Source of the DNA: Podarcis liolepis
Taxonomy: Eukaryota
NCBI GenBank assembly: GCA_965112155.1
Contig: OZ218103.1
Direction: 5' to 3' (one strand)
DNA length: 64,000 nt
Shown: positions 49,301 through 61,942 of the stretch, piece after piece
Layout of the letters: the number at the start of each line of letters is the position of its first letter
Numbering within the stretch: position 1 is the stretch's first letter
The notes under the pieces: model-generated
The model's input: only the letters and a program-made list of their open reading frames with translations
The model's database searches: none
What the model was told of the DNA's origin: nothing
Position numbers and translations under genes: made by a program

Positions 49301-52300
49301 ACCTATGGCATATTTGTCAAAAAGATTTGCCACCACCACGGTTGGTTTTTACTAAGATTTCTTTCACGTTCATACACATTTACACTTATATATTCAACAC
49401 CAACAAATTGCAGATTTAAAATGTACAATCGTATATATCTAATTATAATCCTTACAGCAGATTAAGAAAGAGAAAGTATTTTTAAATACTCCATAAATTA
49501 AGGACTCTGTATCAGGGTGACTCACTATAAATTCTCCATTCCAAATTATTGCCCCTTAAACCAGGGTGTTTTCTTTTAATCCAAGTACTGTAATGCATTT
49601 TAATGCCTTTACAGCCACTATTGGATACAGTACACACTTTAGCCCGGTTAATTTGTTCTAAATTGGACAGTGACATCTAGTGGTCACATGTGGTACTATC
49701 CAAAGTTGTTCCCAGCACTCCACCTGACAATTCATTTTCATTTATCAACTCCAGTTGGCTTAGTGAAGAGCTGAAGAACCCTCTTTAGAATACAAATCTG
49801 GTGGTCCATCATTGTCCTAGCTGGAACCTCTGCTTAGGGGCCAGAGGCACCCCACAATCTTTTGTTGCTCATTCTCATTTGTTACATTCTACATTTCAAC
49901 ATCACATTGCACAAATTTTGGTATTTGGGGACCATCAATGTCTGACCACTCAATGAGTCTGACCACTCAATGTTTCAGAATTTGGGGGATGAAGAGCACC
50001 ACAGAAAACTTACCCACAAGCACTGCAAACTGCAGAGGAATTTGATAGGGTGACATGAGGTCTGGGTGTTGCAATTCCATATACCATTAGATCATCTTCA
50101 ACAACTGGTTGTACTGGAATATCCTGAAGATGGTGCATATATATATATATTTTTTAAAAAAAACATATTCAGAAGATGTGGCCAGATGAAATGGAATTTA
50201 GTTTTAATATCCAATTATAGAAAGGTTTCTGAAATTGCATAAATACCTGTATTATATTATTTCACAAGTGGACCAAGAATGTAATTTTGATTTTGAACAA
50301 TTATGGATGTTTGAAATCTGATTCTATTGGGACTGCATGAGTGCAGTTCAATTTTATTGATATTAGTCATGGAGTGTTGCAAAAATGAAATGACCAAAAA
50401 CTTGCAAGATTAAAACGGAAAGAAACAAGCATCTGACAGAAAGACATGCCTGCATAAGAAGGAAATCCTTCTTGTGGGAAGAAGCTCCATCGAAATTGGT
50501 GAGAATTATTTCTGAATAAACATGCTTTAGGACTGTTCTGCACGTTTCTGCGGAAGACCACTGTGTTTAGTATGTATGTTTAGCATGTATGTTTAGGATT
50601 GCAGCCTAACACAGCAACCCTATGCACCTATTACAATGGTACCTCAGGTTAAGAACTTAATCTGGAGGTCCGTTCTCAACCTGAAACTGTTCTTAACCTG
50701 AGGTACCACTTTAGCTAATGGGGCCTCCCGCTGCCGCACGATTTCTGTTCTTTTCTTAAAGCAAAGTTCTTAACCCAAGGTACTATTTCTGGGTTAGCGG
50801 AGTCTGTAACCTGAAGCGTCTGTAACCTGAAGTATCTGTAACCTAAGGTACCACTGTATGCTAAGGAAGAAGATGTGCCACTGCTCTGCCAGAAGAATGG
50901 CCACCAATATATCCTACATGTGTTCAACCCAGAAGGGGAGGGGGAAGTAAACAGCCGGAAAATATAAAACAGGATAAAAAGAGCAGACAGACACCCTGTG
51001 TGGGTGCACTGGTGGGAGTACCAGATTGGCTCCACCAATGTGCTGGCATAACACAGCCCCCCCCTTCACCTTGCCCCTCCCACTTCCAGTAAGTTTCAAC
51101 AACTTCACTACCAGAAGGCCAGGTTTGTGGTGGGAATCTGAGGCGAGATACCCATGTACTGGAAGTTGTCCTCAGTTCCATCACCCCACAGGGCTATGTT
51201 AAGATGCAAAAATAGTTTACTGCTGTAGAAGATTAGACTTCAGTAATACAGTCCTTGGTGGCGATACAGAGATACAGATACAGTGAACTTTGCTTCAGGG
51301 TGAGAACAGAAACCGCGCAGTGGTGACGCAACTGCAGCAGGAGGCCCCATTAGCTAAAGTGGTGCTTCAGGTTAAGAACAGTTTCAGGTTAAGAACAGAC
51401 CTCCAGAACGAATTACGGTAAATTCTTAACCTGAGGTACCACTGTACAGATACAGAAACAGATACAGATACAGATAAGGACAAAGTATCTCTGTTGCTCC
51501 AGCTTTAAGACATAACACAGACTCCAACTCACAGAAAGGCTCACTGACTGACTAATGAGCTGACGTGCCTTGCTCACTTATATAGACAGCACTGGGTCAC
51601 AGCCATAACAACCAGCTTTGCTGACCTTGCCCCTGCTTGCTTATCTCATACACAAGGTGATTTGTGCCCATGAAGGAAATTAACCCTTTCCTCCATGCCC
51701 AGTTCCTCTGAGTAGACCTGGTTAGGCTTGTGCTAAGTCTTGTGGGCTGTTATATGAAACTTCCCCTTTCCCTCTGGTTGGAAAGCCAATGCGCCAAGCA
51801 GCAGAAGAGCTAAAATTACGACTAATTATGGTAACTGACTACTACCTACTGTAATTCTGCTGCAATACCCAGCTATGTAAGCACTCCCAATCATTAGGCA
51901 CTAACGGTGTTGAGGGCAATGTATATGGTGCAAAAAGATGCTTATGAAGCCATTTCCATGTGGCTGCAAAACATGTTACTAAAAATAGGCATGATTAAGC
52001 CCTTTGCACAAGCGCTTGCTTATCTGTGTGGTAAGGATTGAAAGAGAAACATGTGCAAAAGCCATTGCTTTGGCTGGAGCTACTTGCTGTTTTTATGGGC
52101 AGAGGCGTTGTGTTGGTACAGTGGTTGAGAAAACAGGCAGTTGGGAAATCCCCCGTCTTCACCTCAGCTCTGAGGTGGCCTTAGGCATGCTACTGTCTTT
52201 CAGATCTTGCCCTCCACACCCACAATATGAGGGCATAAAGGTTGCCCTACTTTTCAGCATTATTGTAAGCTTACTGAGATAATGTATACAAAGCTATTTG

Positions 52301-53793
52301 AATGTTTAAAAGTGCTGTTTAGGTTTATTGTCATGTGATGCTGGCATGTAACAGCTGACTCACAGGCAGAAACTGACAGAACAGATTTTCTAAGCATGGT
52401 GATGGTAGCAATGAGAAATAGTTTCCACTCTTGATTTTTGCTTGCTTGGACTGAAACATGTCCAGGGCATTGTGGGAAAAGTAATATAAGGGATGTCACC
52501 AGTGACAGACTTTGGGCTTTCAAATTTCAGTGCCGCCCACTGCAACACCAAAATTTGGCACATGCACCTCATTGCCTCTCACCTTCTGTTCTAAGTCATG
52601 ATTGTGGTGCCGCCTCCAGTGCCCTCTCAGTTCAGTGCCCAGTGTGGGCAAACCAGTTGTGCTCCTAAACCCACCACTGATGGCAACCAAATTGCAGTTA
52701 CCAGAGCAATGCTCTTGAGGGGGCCTAAGGAAGACAGACTTAAGCACGCAGCTACCCAAGGAAGTCAGATGCTGGTGTTAAGTCTCTATCTTAGTTTTAG
52801 GACACTCAGCTGCTGATATGTCAACAACAACAACTCCAGTGTGAAACTAGAATTTCTCCAGTGTGTCTCCAGTGTGAAACTAGAATTTAAATTAATGCGG
52901 AGCTAATCAGTGTATTTGATTGCATTTGTTTAGGACTCAGTCTGACTCAAGGTCTCCCTTCCAATATGGGTGTTAAATTAGCACTGCTAAAATGAGGTCG
53001 CTCGGATTACATCCATACATTTGAACTCTGCATAGAAATGTCACATGCTGTACATCTCTTGCATTTCATGGTCTTTTATTCCACTGCTAATCAGTTGTCA
53101 TCCCCCCACACCCGGGTATATATGTGCCAACAAATAATAGCACTTAATGCAGCTGATGAAGTGGGCTATTGCTGACTGCTGGCCCTGAATTATTTTGCCA
53201 TACCCTATTTCAAGGGTTTCTTAAGTATCTCTAAGATGTCTGCTGTTATAATTTGACATTTATTGAGCACCACAAGATCACAGGCATGACAACTGTCCCT
53301 GTCTGGACAGTTTCTTGATGGAGGAGCTACCACTTGTAATATCAAGATATATCCTTGATATTTTCCATTTGCAAGTCAAGTATTGTTGCTTGCCATTTTG
53401 CTGATTATTGTCTTGATTGCTACTAGATCTACTGATTCCTACTGCTGTGTTGTTCCTTTTTCATTCTTAACATTTTCACCGGATGATAATAGCTATTGTG
53501 AGCTAGCTTGTGGGCTGATAGATGAAAAGGTGGGGTGTTATATTTAAACAAATAATAAAAATAAATATGTGGCACTGGCAGCTAGCATAGATACTCTCAA
53601 ATCCCACCTATCTTTTGATTTTTAAGCAAAGCAAATTCACATTGCTTTCTAGAGGGGATTTTAGAGGCCAGCTCACAATGCAATTTTGCTCTTCTGATGG
53701 AAATCACATATTTATCCTTGCTTACGATATAAAAATGCCACTTTCAGAGAGGGAGGGGAAAAACCCCAAAACAACTCCCTGTTGCATATTTAC

Positions 53794-53894
53794 CCCTTTA
53801 GAAGCAGGAAGCCACCGGCGCTGCTTGTACATATTGAGGAGTCTGTTCCATGGAGAGAGGTCTGCTTTTGGAGGTTCCCCTTCTTGTACATCTT
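53794..53894 (-). CDS. GGNBP1: GGNBP1-like, third coding exon (101 nt, phase 1 to 0)
   Basis: ttccttttaaacag acceptor, GGG|GTAAAT donor; (E)DVQEGEPPKADLSPWNRLLNMYKQRRWLPASKG matches the recalled GGNBP1 motif PWN.LL..YKQ. Confidence 0.8.
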
Positions 53895-54411
53895 CTGTTT
53901 AAAAGGAAAGCCACATCACCAACTCATGAAGTCTCTCCATATAACCAGGGTGGGTTGTAATGCCCTCTAAATCCAGCAGCAATTCAGCCACAGGGCTTGA
54001 GGCTGCACAGGCACCAGCTAAGGAATCGGGTCAAGAAGCAGGGCTCTGAACTGGCTGCTGCAGATCAGGAGACCACTATGCTTGAGGCTGTGAGACCGGA
54101 GTCTCCAGAAGAATCTCTTAGTCTACTAAAGCCTGTAGGGTCAGGGCCCAAATCCTCACAGCCACCTTCCCCTGAGTCTGAGAAAACAAATGCCTCCCAT
54201 AGTACCTCTCCAGATCAGTGGTGTAAGATAAGATACATTACACTGGGGTGGGGTTTTGTTATGCTTGTAGTTATTTAACTTTTGATATGTTGTAAGCCAC
54301 CTTGGGCATTGTTTTAACTTAGGAAAGGCGGCATACATATAGAATGATTGATTGATTGAATTTCCCCACAAGTGAGGAGAGCCTGGAGGAGGTAGTCTGG
54401 AAACATAAAAC

Positions 54412-54547
54412 CAGGCATAGGCAAACTCGGCCCGCCAGATATTTTGGGACTACACTTCCCATCATCCCTGACCACTGGTCCTGTTAGCTGGGGTTCATGG
54501 GAGTCGTAGTCCTAAAACATCTGGAGGGCCGAGTTTGCCTATGCCTG
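54412..54547. mobile_element. Palindromic hAT MITE (CAGGCATAGGCAAAC family)
   Basis: TIRs CAGGCATAGGCAAACTCGG / CCGAGTTTGCCTATGCCTG; TSD cataaaac/cataaaag. Confidence 0.88.
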
Positions 54548-54931
54548 CATAAAAGGCTTCAGCCTGCTCTCAACCTTTGTCAGTGAAATCTTCTCTCTCA
54601 GAGCTATCTGGACACCTGCAATGTTTGACCCACTGGACCAGCATCTACTGGTGTGAATACAGCCTCTGCGCAATATAATTCAATGGAATCACCTAATAAG
54701 AACTGCAGCTGTAGTTCTTACCCATCTTTAATGGGCCCTCTGACATAATACTGGGTGTTCCTGATTGTAAGGTTTGCCTCCTGCTTGCTTGAAATACATG
54801 TCTCAAACCTCAGACATCTGGTATTGAATAGTATGAAAACAATCAAGTCATGACAGCTGGGGGGTGGGGTAAAGGTACTGTTGGACAGCAGCTGCCATAT
54901 GGGTGAGTGGGAATCTTCTTCCAGCCCTCAC

Positions 54932-55044
54932 CTTTCAGTAGATGCTCTCTTTCCTCTTCAGCGCTACAGCCTTTAACATCAGTCATGGATCCAGCAGACA
55001 TGGCAACTCCATCATCTGCACATAGGACCTGGGGAAATTCATCC
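54932..55044 (-). CDS. GGNBP1: GGNBP1-like, second coding exon (113 nt, phase 2 to 1)
   Basis: tttgactttag acceptor, AAAG|GTGAGG donor; DEFPQVLCADDGVAMSAGSMTDVKGCSAEEEREHLLK; phases join both neighbouring exons in frame. Confidence 0.75.
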
Positions 55045-56486
55045 CTAAAGTCAAACACACAATTATTGCATAGAAGAAGGGGACATCCACATCGATGCTT
55101 CATTCATCATTTTTTTTCTTCCCACCCTAATATCTACACCCAAACGCCACATCTTTATCAGCAATGATAATTGCTACATTGCCACAGACAGGTGGATTTA
55201 CTGTAGTGAATAAAAGCAATGATGTTGAGGGGATTAAAATTTTAAGAGAGAATTTCCTGGGATGAGGCCTGTCTCTAAGTCAAGCCCTTTAGTTGACTGC
55301 ATGAACAAAGCCTTCAGTCTGTATCTAAAAGACCCAGGTAGTTAGTCTCCATGATAATCTGTGGTTCGTAATAACAGATTATGGAAACCTCTTCACATGG
55401 AAATCTTACATTAAGAATTATTCATGGCAGCACTGCTTATGCAAATACCTCTACTTAAAATTGAATTATTAACCGTTAATGATTATTCATTATACACAGA
55501 TGGGAGGTTTTAAGTGCAACTCTAGGATTGCAAATTTTGTTCTCAAAAATCCAGAAACCTCCAGCCAAGCGCTTCTGAGCATGTCCAGATCTCCATTTTC
55601 CTCTTAAGATGATGAAAGGGCTTTCCCCTCGAAAAACAACTTCAGAGTAAAATGTGTTGGAGGTGGAGCATGTGCAAAGTGGTTTGTTTTTTTGTAACAG
55701 AGATGTTCCTTTTTCTGTCCAAAGGCCTTACTTTCAGCCTGTCTCCATAGGATTTGAACAACCTGGAAGAAGGTAGCAGACAATCGCTCAGCTGAGGGGA
55801 AGAGTATTGAGTTCATCTGCAAGGCAGCAAAAGCAGATCTCCATCTAACAACAGAGTTCACATGGATTCATATTATTGTGCCTGCAGACACACAGATGTG
55901 CTAAATCAAGCTCTGCTGCATTTTTTCTGACTTTGCATCCTCTGCTGTTGGCAGCCAGTCTAAATGATAACAAGTCAGGCTTGTGAAATTCTGGTTGGCT
56001 GCCAACTGTTGTAACCCTTCCTTTCACATGCATTTTTATGGTTAACATCTCATACAGTGAACTTCAGTTAGCAAGGCAAAGCCCCACGTATCTCAACTCA
56101 GTGTGTGATAATCAACCTCATGGAAAGTTTAGCACAAAATTAAGTGTTCGGCCTTTTGAAGCCAAGAACAGACGGAACAGTCAATGAGCAATTCCATTCC
56201 TAATTAGTACCCATGTAATACAGCCAGAAGCCAATTAACCCAAGTGGTTTTTGTGAAGGGCTTTGCAATATTTGCCCATATATTTTCACACATTCCTGTA
56301 TGGGAAGCAATCTGAACGGATGTTAAATCCTATTAGAAATAACTGAGTTTTACTCGAAGAGGATTTTAGTCATGTTCATTAATTTCAATGGGTCTACTCC
56401 AAGAAAAACTTAGCTGAATACCACCCTGAAAGTTTTAAACACTGTTCTGTGTGCTGAGACTTGGCCTCAGCGTTGGTGACACTCAC

Positions 56487-56962
56487 TTTCCCACCGTCTC
56501 CCTGTCATCAGATTCTTCTTCCTTCTCTCCCGTGACAGGAACTTTCTCACATGGGTCCTTGGCCAAGCCACTTATCATGGGGTTAGCAAAGCCATCTGAG
56601 TCTCCCATCTCCATCCTAGCCGAGTGAAATGAAGCAGGCAGTTTGTTCTCATTCGTAGGGGTAGTGTCTCCCAGACTTAATTCCTTCAGCAACGATAGCT
56701 CTTCAGGGCAGCTGCCCATCAACCCCCCACAGATCTCACTGGGAGAAGTCTTGGTGGCATCAGGCTCTTGGCCTGGCAAGGTTGCTTCAAGCCCATTTTC
56801 GGGCAGAGGAGAGTCCAGGAGTTCACTCTTGGCATTATCTTCGTCTTTTGCCTTGGGTCTCTGCCCCTCTTGTGTGACATGCCTGCCGCTCCCAAAGAGG
56901 TTTCTGAAGAACTGGAGCACCCAGGGCCTGCTGGAAACAGAGGAAGCTGTGAGAGTATCCAT
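56487..56962 (-). CDS. GGNBP1: Gametogenetin-binding protein 1-like, first coding exon (476 nt, phase 2)
   Basis: MDTLTASSVSSRPWVLQFFRNLFGSG resembles the recalled GGNBP1 N-terminal M/LRFLRSLVGS motif, followed by an acidic low-complexity region; donor AA|GTGAGT at 56486; same strand as and upstream of ITPR3, as in mammals. Confidence 0.75.
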
Positions 56963-58434
56963 CGGTTTTTGGTCTTCTGCAGGCTAACTCTGCTCTGGCA
57001 CCCAAAGGTGGCTGCTCGTCTCAACAGATTGGAATCAGAGCTTCAAATTGAAAAGCCAACTGCTCAGAATCTTCTGAGGATTCTAGAATTCTTGGAAGGG
57101 GCGGAGCCACAAGAGAGATCACCCAGTGGTTTTGCAATCCAGAGTTCACCTTTTGCTCTCCTGGCTCAGCTAACAACAACAAATTAACAGATGGCCAGGA
57201 ATGGAATAAGAGCTCTCTGGGGATAACTGTGCAGGTCTACAGCTCCAAACATTTTTATTATCTGTAAAAAGTCTCAGGGCACTGGGCCCAAGTTATAACT
57301 CTCAGAGCAAACCAGTAACATTTGAACAATGCTACAATCAGGGAAAGGTGGTTCAATTGAAACAGAGGAACCTGCCTTATACCAGATGAGGCTATTTGTC
57401 CATCTAGCCTAATAGTGTCCGTTCTTACTGGCAGTGGCTCGCGCTAACTGCAAGTACAGATGCTATGCATGTTAAATTATGCTGAGCATGTGCGTGTTTT
57501 GCAAAGATCAATGTGCTTCGATCCATTTCCAGCATTCAAACATGGTTAAAACAGAATTTCATTTTGTAGCCAAGACCAAACAGTGCTGGGTACAAAATAT
57601 TTTGTCTCCTATGCAAAACAGTAACACGACTCACACTTTCAACTAGGACAGGAATAATTTATAATTGTGTTTTCTGGAAAACGTGCATTAGAACATAGAA
57701 AACTGCCCTATAACAAGTCAGACTCTTGGTCCACCTGGATCAGTATTGTCTACACTGACTGACAGCAGTTCTCCAGAATTTCAGAGAGGAGTGTCTCCCA
57801 AACCTACTAGGAAATGTCAGGGATTGAACCCAGGACCTTCTGCTTACACCCTGCAGATGAAAAATGGCAGTTCTTTTTAACCTGTATATTTTGCTCTAGG
57901 AGGCTTAGTTTGGTCAGAACTGAGTATACACTTCCAGAGTTAATGCTATGCTAAATACATTACTACTGTTAAATTAGCCATCATAGCTGCTAGAGGGCTG
58001 TGAAAATTTGTGTCCCGGGCTTTTTAGATTCAACTATACAGTGGTACCTCATTTTTTGAACAGCTTAGTTCACAAACAACATGGAATTTAAACGCTGCAA
58101 ACCCGCAAGTAGGTGTTCCGGTTTGTGAACTTTGCCTCGGAAGTCGAACATGTTCCGTTTTGTGTCCTGAGCTTCCATTTTTACTGTTGTGCTGCTAATT
58201 TGCATCCCCCCATTGTAATTGCAGTGTTCTGAGAAGAGCTCCGCAGCCTAGCTGGTTTGAGGAGAGAGAGAGCTGCTTTGGGGGGGGGCGGAGAGAAAGG
58301 TCTGGCTTGGGGGGGGAGGAAAGAGAACTGTGCACCCGCCCACCCTGCCCCTATCACTGCCCCCTCGGGGGAAACAGCCTACTTGAAGTTGAACATGCCT
58401 GATCTACAATACTGTTTTATTTTATGGTACAGTG

Positions 58435-59424
58435 CAGTGGTACCTCTGGTTACATACTTAATTCGTTCTGGAGGTCCGTTCTTAACCTGAAACTGTTCTT
58501 AACCTGAAGCACCACTTTAGCTAATGGGGCCTCCTGCTGCCGCCACGCCACCAGAACACGATTTCTGTTCCTATCCTGAAGCAAAGTTCTTAACCCAAGG
58601 TAATATTTCTGGGTTAGCAGAGTCTGTAACCTGAAGCGTATGTGTCAGAGCTGCTTCCAGGTCCCAGCTCACAGAGGACCACGCTAGCCGGCAGTAATGT
58701 ACAAAAGTCTTTATTGAGTTACAGTTTCCATTTCCAAGCCGCAGCGCGCAGCTCTACGTCTTAGAAGCTAGACCGGCGAAGCTCCGTCTGAGTCTCCGCC
58801 TCCTGTACACCAACTTAATACTCTAGCCTTACTCCACCTCTTCCGTCTTTCCTTCCTCCTCTGGGTCCCTCTGCCCCCCGTGGTCTCTTCCTTCCTGGAC
58901 TCTTCTGACGCTGACCCCCCCCCCGGACTCTTCTCCCTCCTTGCGGCGGGCTTTAGGACCTGGCTCCCTATCCGGGCTGCTTACTGTGCCGCCTTCCTGT
59001 GCATTTGAACTTGGCGCGCGCGCCCAGCCTTCAACCTTCCTCTTGACCGTTTCCTCGCTCCCCGATGGAGGTGTGGCCAATCCTGACTCATGCCCTCCCG
59101 CTTGCCGCGAGCCGCCTGATCCCAATACCTGGGACCCCTCCCCCCTACTGCGCTCTGGTGGGGAAGCTGGTCCCGATTTCCAACTGCTGCTCTCTGAGTC
59201 CCCTCTGGTCCCTTCTTCCTGGGGTGTCCCCCTAGGCGCCCCCTTGCTCTGACCACTGGCGCCCCTTTCTGTGAATCTTCCGATTCACTGGAAAGACTCA
59301 GAGATCTCGGGCCGCTGTCATCGCTCATATTTCCTTCGGATTCCTCCCCCTCGCTCTCTGTTTCCTCCCTTTCCTGTGCCTCTGCTCCTGAACCCCTGAC
59401 AGTATGTAACCTGAGGTACCACTG
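58435..59424. mobile_element. Tc1/mariner MITE (CAGTGGTACCTC family) split by a solo LTR
   Basis: Body matches the 42537 and 50634 copies once 58643-59406 is removed. Confidence 0.85.
58643..59401 (-). mobile_element. Solo LTR (759 bp, Gypsy-like), CpG-rich
   Basis: Termini TGTCAG...CTGACA; perfect 5-bp TSD GTATG; AATAAA on the minus strand at about 58710. Confidence 0.88.
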
Positions 59425-59664
59425 TACATTGATTATTGCTTTCGTTTTATCGGTCAGTGGTCTCATGAGGTAGTAAAATTCATGTTAAATTGCTGTTTTA
59501 GGGGTTTCAGGTGGTGAGTGTGCATAGGGTCCAAATCACAGGGCATCCATTTAGCTCACTGGGTGACCTTGGACCAGTCACTCCCTCTTAGCCTAACCTA
59601 CCTCACAAGCTTGTTGTGAGGAGGGGGAGACTCACGTGTGCAAGCTTCAGCTCTTTGAAGGAAA

Positions 59665-60012
59665 GGTAAAAGGACCCCTGACCATTAGGTCCAGTCATGG
59701 CCGACTCTGGGGTTGCGGCGCTCATCCCGCTTTATTGGCCGAGGGAGCCGGCATGCAGCTTCCAGGTCATGTGGCCAGCATGACTAAGCCACTTCTGGCA
59801 AACCAGAGCAGCGCACGGAAACACTGTTTACCTTCCCGCCGGAGTGCTACCTATTTATCTACTTGCACATTGACATGCTTTCGAACTGCTAGGTTGGCAG
59901 GAGCAGGGACCGAGCAACGGGAGCTCACCCCGTCACAGGGATTCGAACCGCCGACCTTCTGATCGGCAAGTCATAGGTTCTGTGGTTTAACCCACAGCGC
60001 CACCCGCATCCC
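59665..60012 (-). mobile_element. Sauria SINE
   Basis: Consensus head and tail; TSD TTTGAAGGAAA. Confidence 0.9.
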
Positions 60013-60289
60013 TTTTTGAAGGAAAAGTGGACTATAAATGAAATGAATGAATGAATGCTAAACGGCATGATGAGGATGAGGATGTCAAGTACCAAATGTT
60101 GGAATCCTGTGTCAGATCGCATTGCAACTCCTGTTGAGTAACATCTGACGCACCTATAACAAATATTTCACATCAACTTTCGCAGAGGTGGTTTTGCAGG
60201 AAATCTGGCGGAGGGGGTGGGTGGGAATAAACTCTTTCCGGACCTTTCTACCTCTGTCTCTCTCTTTTAATAATACTGTACAGTACATA

Positions 60290-61110
60290 TTATATCTCGC
60301 GGCTACCAGGATGCAACCCTAGAGGGAGCTGCGTATCGGCCGCTTTGCCAGCTGCCTGCCGCCTTCCTTTCGCCTTCTCTCCTCTCGCCTCGCCCCTCCT
60401 CGCAGCGGAGGAAGCGGCCGAGAAGCAGCAGGAAGGCGGCCAGAGAAGGATGCGCTAGCAGCGGCGCCGCATCCCGAGCTCGCCGCGCAACCCCAGGAAC
60501 AGCTCGCCGGAGGGAAGGGGCGCGGCGGGAAGGCGGGTGAGTGGAAGCAAGTCCGGGGCGGCGGGGGACATATCGGGGGCTGCAGGATGGACGGGGCGGC
60601 AAAAGGGTCCGGCGGGTGCTGCTGGCGCTGGGCGCCTGGTCCTCCTCGGAGCCGGAGGCGTTTATTCGCCGCGCCTCAGCCCAGCGGAAGGACATAATTC
60701 TCCAAAGGTCCCCGAGAGGCGGGAGAGCGAGGGACGAGGCCGCCGCCGTGTCCCCTGGCTTGGCGGTGGAGAGGGGCCGCGAGGGGAAAGGCCAGGGGCC
60801 GCGCTCCCGGGCCAGGTCGCTTCTCGGGAGTCGCACTGCTGGGCGCGCCACGCCAACGCGAAGAGTCGACCGGCGGTCTCGGCTGCGGCCGGCTAGCGGG
60901 GCGCGCGTGCGCGCATGGAGCTGAGCGAAAAATGCGGAGTCAGCAGCGCCTCGGGGAGCTGCTGCTGCAACTGCAGGGAAATGGAGCTGACTTCTCCGCC
61001 TGGCTTCCCCCCCCCCCCTTTCCCCTAGACGCGGCTACTTGAGATCTGGCAAGGTTTAAACATCCGGAATACGATCTCTCTCTCGCGCGCGCGGGTGTGT
61101 GTGTGGGTGT
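60290..61110. promoter_or_regulatory. CpG-island promoter with a probable non-coding first exon on the + strand (donor at 60537); possibly BAK1
   Basis: Very high CpG density with no TIR/TSD; CGG|GTGAGT donor; NRF1-like GCGCGTGCGC at about 60903; gene identity from mammalian synteny only. Confidence 0.6.
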
Positions 61111-61437
61111 TCATCCACCGCATGCATGTGAGCTATCATTATTACTAGTACTATTTGCAGTTAAACAAGCTGTAGCTTACGGCCCCACAAAAATTTAAAG
61201 GGGGGAAAAAAACTGGATGTACATTTTATAAGATAAAAAACAAATAAAATAAAACCTACATACAGCAACAGTGTTTCGTGTTGTGTAGGCTCCTGTGATG
61301 TAAGTAAGGGGCCCCCCAATCATTTTAAGTTAAGAGCTTCATAATTATTTCACTATTAATATACTTCTTAATTGTATTTCAGTTCAACAATTACTTTGAT
61401 AAAATACATATTTTGTGATGTTCAAATGGCTTTAGAT

Positions 61438-61942
61438 TAAGATTACCAGATTTTTTTCCAATGAATCCGGGGACACTTTTCAACTTCAGTAGGAATGATA
61501 GGATTTTGTCAGGGTAAGGTAAAGGTAAAGGGACCCCTGACCTTTAGGTCCAGTCGTGACCGACTCTGGGGTTGCAGCACTCATCTCGCTTTATTGGCCG
61601 AGGGAGCCAGCGTACAGCTTCCAGGTCATGTGGCCAGCATGACTAAGCCACTTTTGGCAAACCAGAGCAGCGCACGGAAACGCCGTTTACCTTCCCGCCA
61701 GAGCGGTACCTATTTATCTACTTGCACTTTGACGTGCTTTCAAACTGCTAGGTTGGCAGGAGCAGGGACCGAGCAACGGGAGCTCACCCCGTCGTGGGAA
61801 TTCAAACCGCTGACTTTCTGATCGGCAAGTCCTAGGCTCTGGGGTTTAACCCACAGCGCCACCCGCATCCCTTTTTTTGTCAGGGTACTTATTTGTAAAT
61901 CCAGGGACTGTCCCCGGGAAATGGGGACGTCTGGTAACCTTA
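61438..61942. mobile_element. hAT-Blackjack-like MITE containing a Sauria SINE, inserted in an older hAT-like element
   Basis: Termini TAAGATTACCAGA / TCTGGTAACCTTA; perfect 8-bp TSD CTTTAGAT. Confidence 0.85.
61517..61872 (-). mobile_element. Sauria SINE
   Basis: Consensus sequence; TSD TTTTGTCAGGGTA. Confidence 0.92.

Larger units (their letters stand above)
58039..59510. mobile_element. Outer Tc1/mariner-type element containing a nested MITE and LTR
   Basis: TA|CAGTGGTACCTC start; body resumes after 59426; right end approximate or truncated. Confidence 0.6.

Noticed and set aside
51224-51660. Possible additional LTR around the MITE at 51281-51445
   Set aside because: LTR-like composition, but matching termini and a TSD could not be established
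52835-52888. Short direct repeats (also 1727-1762, 36881-36918, 49939-49972) that might suggest a CRISPR-like array
   Set aside because: Only two-copy local tandem duplications in vertebrate DNA, with no repeat-spacer periodicity
58981-59466. Acidic 161-aa ORF (SESEGEESE...)
   Set aside because: Crosses MITE/LTR junctions and reflects purine-rich LTR sequence
60303-60924. 182-, 127- and 119-aa ORFs in the second CpG island
   Set aside because: GC-driven artefacts with non-ATG starts and no homology recognised
59636-61821. Two similar 108-aa ORFs suggesting a gene duplication
   Set aside because: Both are antisense readings of Sauria SINE copies
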